Assembly (NCBI GenBank): GCA_043826355.1
Contig: JBDRQI010000001.1
Span: 1-64,000, forward strand
DNA from: Candidatus Omnitrophota bacterium
GTDB lineage: Bacteria; Ratteibacteria; UBA8468; MWAK01
Direction: 5' to 3'
DNA length: 64,000 nt
In this document: positions 62,780-64,000 of the stretch, piece by piece
Position numbering within the stretch: the stretch's first letter is position 1
Layout of the letters: the number at the start of each line of letters is the position of its first letter
Made by a program: the position numbers and the translations under genes
Notes under the pieces: model-generated
The model's database searches: none
The model's input: the letters and a program-made list of their open reading frames with translations, nothing else
Told to the model about the DNA's origin: nothing

Positions 62780-64000
62780 AGATTATGGGAGCCACTATCG
62801 GGAACTGCGTCCATACCGCCGGAATTTTAAATTTTCTCAAATACGCGGAGGGTTTTGGACATAAAACCGTTTTTCTGGGAATGTGCCTAACACCCGAAAA
62901 CCTGGTTGCCGAAATTAAGACGGCGAAACCGGCGGCGGTCGCATTGAGTTACCGGCTGACGCCCGAAGTGGCAAAACGCATTTTCCGGGAACTGGAGCAG
63001 TCCCTGACTAAAAATGCGGTGCGAGACGTGAAATTCCTTTTCGGCGGAACGGAAAGCGTTTGCAAGGTTGCCCGGACGTTCAAATTCTTTGATTTTGTAG
63101 TTTCCGGTGCCGGTGATGGGGAAATGAAAAAGATAGCGTCGTTCCTCACGGGTAAAAATACCGGAAAGGTTGCGCCGGCAACTTATCCCCAGGACCTGGT
63201 GAGCAGAATAAATTGTTCGCATCCCTATCCCCTCATCCGGCATCACTTCGGGCAGCCCTCCCTGGCTGCAACGGTGGCCGGGGCCAGAAAGATTGCCGAA
63301 GCGCAGGTGCTGGACATCCTTTCCATCGCCCCGGACCAAAACGCACAGGAATATTTTTTTAATCCTGAAAAGATGAACCGGGACAGGGACGGGGCGGGTG
63401 GCGTGCCCGTCAGAAAAAAGACGGATTTAAAAAAGATTTACCGGGCTTCCCGCTGCGGCAATTATCCGCTGATAAGATGTTATGCGGGCACCAACCGCCT
63501 GAAAAAATGGGCAAAGATGTTGTCCGAAACAATCAACAACGCCTGGGGCGCTATTCCCATCTTCTGGTACAGCGTTCTGGACGGCCGGTCCAAACGGCCG
63601 CTGGAAAGAGCCATCCGGGAAAACCAGGAGGCGATAAGGTGGCACGCGGAGCGGGGAATACCCGTAGAGATAAATGATTCGCACCAGTGGGGATTGAGGC
63701 AGGCCCACGATAGTTTGGAGACGGCAACCGCGTTTCTCGCTGCAATCAATGCCAAAAAATTTGGCGTGAAGAATTATGTTTTTCAGTATATGTTCAATAC
63801 TCCTTCGGGCTTAAGCTCTACAATGGACCTGGCCAAGATGCTCGCGAAGAAGGAGATGGTAGAGAGTCTGGTTGACAAAAATTTCACCGTTTTCACCCTG
63901 GTTCGCGCCGGGCTGGCAAGTCTCGATTCCGATCCGGATGTCGCCAAGGGTCAGCTATCTTCTTCTATCCTGCTGTCTCTTGCGCTAAAACCGCATATCG
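62776..64000 (+). CDS. Cobalamin-binding domain protein with a large C-terminal domain (partial, runs off the window; absent from the ORF track)
   Basis: ATGA overlap with the upstream stop; open to the window end: MKIMGATIGNCVHTAG...SYRL...FGGT...RHHFGQP...GAGGVPVR...GNYPL...HQW. Confidence 0.85.
   Translation, partial: MKIMGATIGNCVHTAGILNFLKYAEGFGHKTVFLGMCLTPENLVAEIKTAKPAAVALSYRLTPEVAKRIFRELEQSLTKNAVRDVKFLFGGTESVCKVARTFKFFDFVVSGAGDGEMKKIASFLTGKNTGKVAPATYPQDLVSRINCSHPYPLIRHHFGQPSLAATVAGARKIAEAQVLDILSIAPDQNAQEYFFNPEKMNRDRDGAGGVPVRKKTDLKKIYRASRCGNYPLIRCYAGTNRLKKWAKMLSETINNAWGAIPIFWYSVLDGRSKRPLERAIRENQEAIRWHAERGIPVEINDSHQWGLRQAHDSLETATAFLAAINAKKFGVKNYVFQYMFNTPSGLSSTMDLAKMLAKKEMVESLVDKNFTVFTLVRAGLASLDSDPDVAKGQLSSSILLSLALKPHI

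Overview
A bacterial chromosomal window of moderate GC, probably from an anaerobic carbohydrate-degrading lineage; the taxon cannot be fixed from sequence alone. Most of it is housekeeping genes (purA, proS, dxs, mnmG, tsaE, rpe, smpB, hflX, rplU, uppP, gnd, tsaD, recG, ligA, xerD, eno, rsmA, yajC, metW, metX) mixed with sugar-catabolic genes. RNA genes are tRNA-Lys(TTT), tRNA-Glu(TTC) and tmRNA. Four things stand out. (1) At the right end, a candidate Na+-I (DUF1646) riboswitch with an overlapping terminator leads an operon of mscS, an asparagine-synthase-like ligase lacking the glutaminase Cys, and a cobalamin-binding protein that the ORF track missed. This may be an undescribed salt-induced osmolyte pathway. 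(2) An operon of SDR, gnd, a PPi-PFK-like kinase, a HAD enzyme, a LarA homolog and an FAD 2-hydroxyacid dehydrogenase suggests a nickel-pincer-dependent sugar-acid route; larC lies elsewhere in the window. (3) A REP-associated tyrosine transposase (RAYT) sits among several nested palindromic repeat families. Copies lie in frame inside mnmG, gnd, recG, uppP, the larA homolog and an RNase HII-like gene, supply stop codons, and bridge pcm and acylphosphatase into one ORF. (4) A 2.3-kb AT-rich island without an integrase sits at tRNA-Lys and carries a GNAT-BKACE fusion. All calls come from motif recognition by eye; no searches were run.
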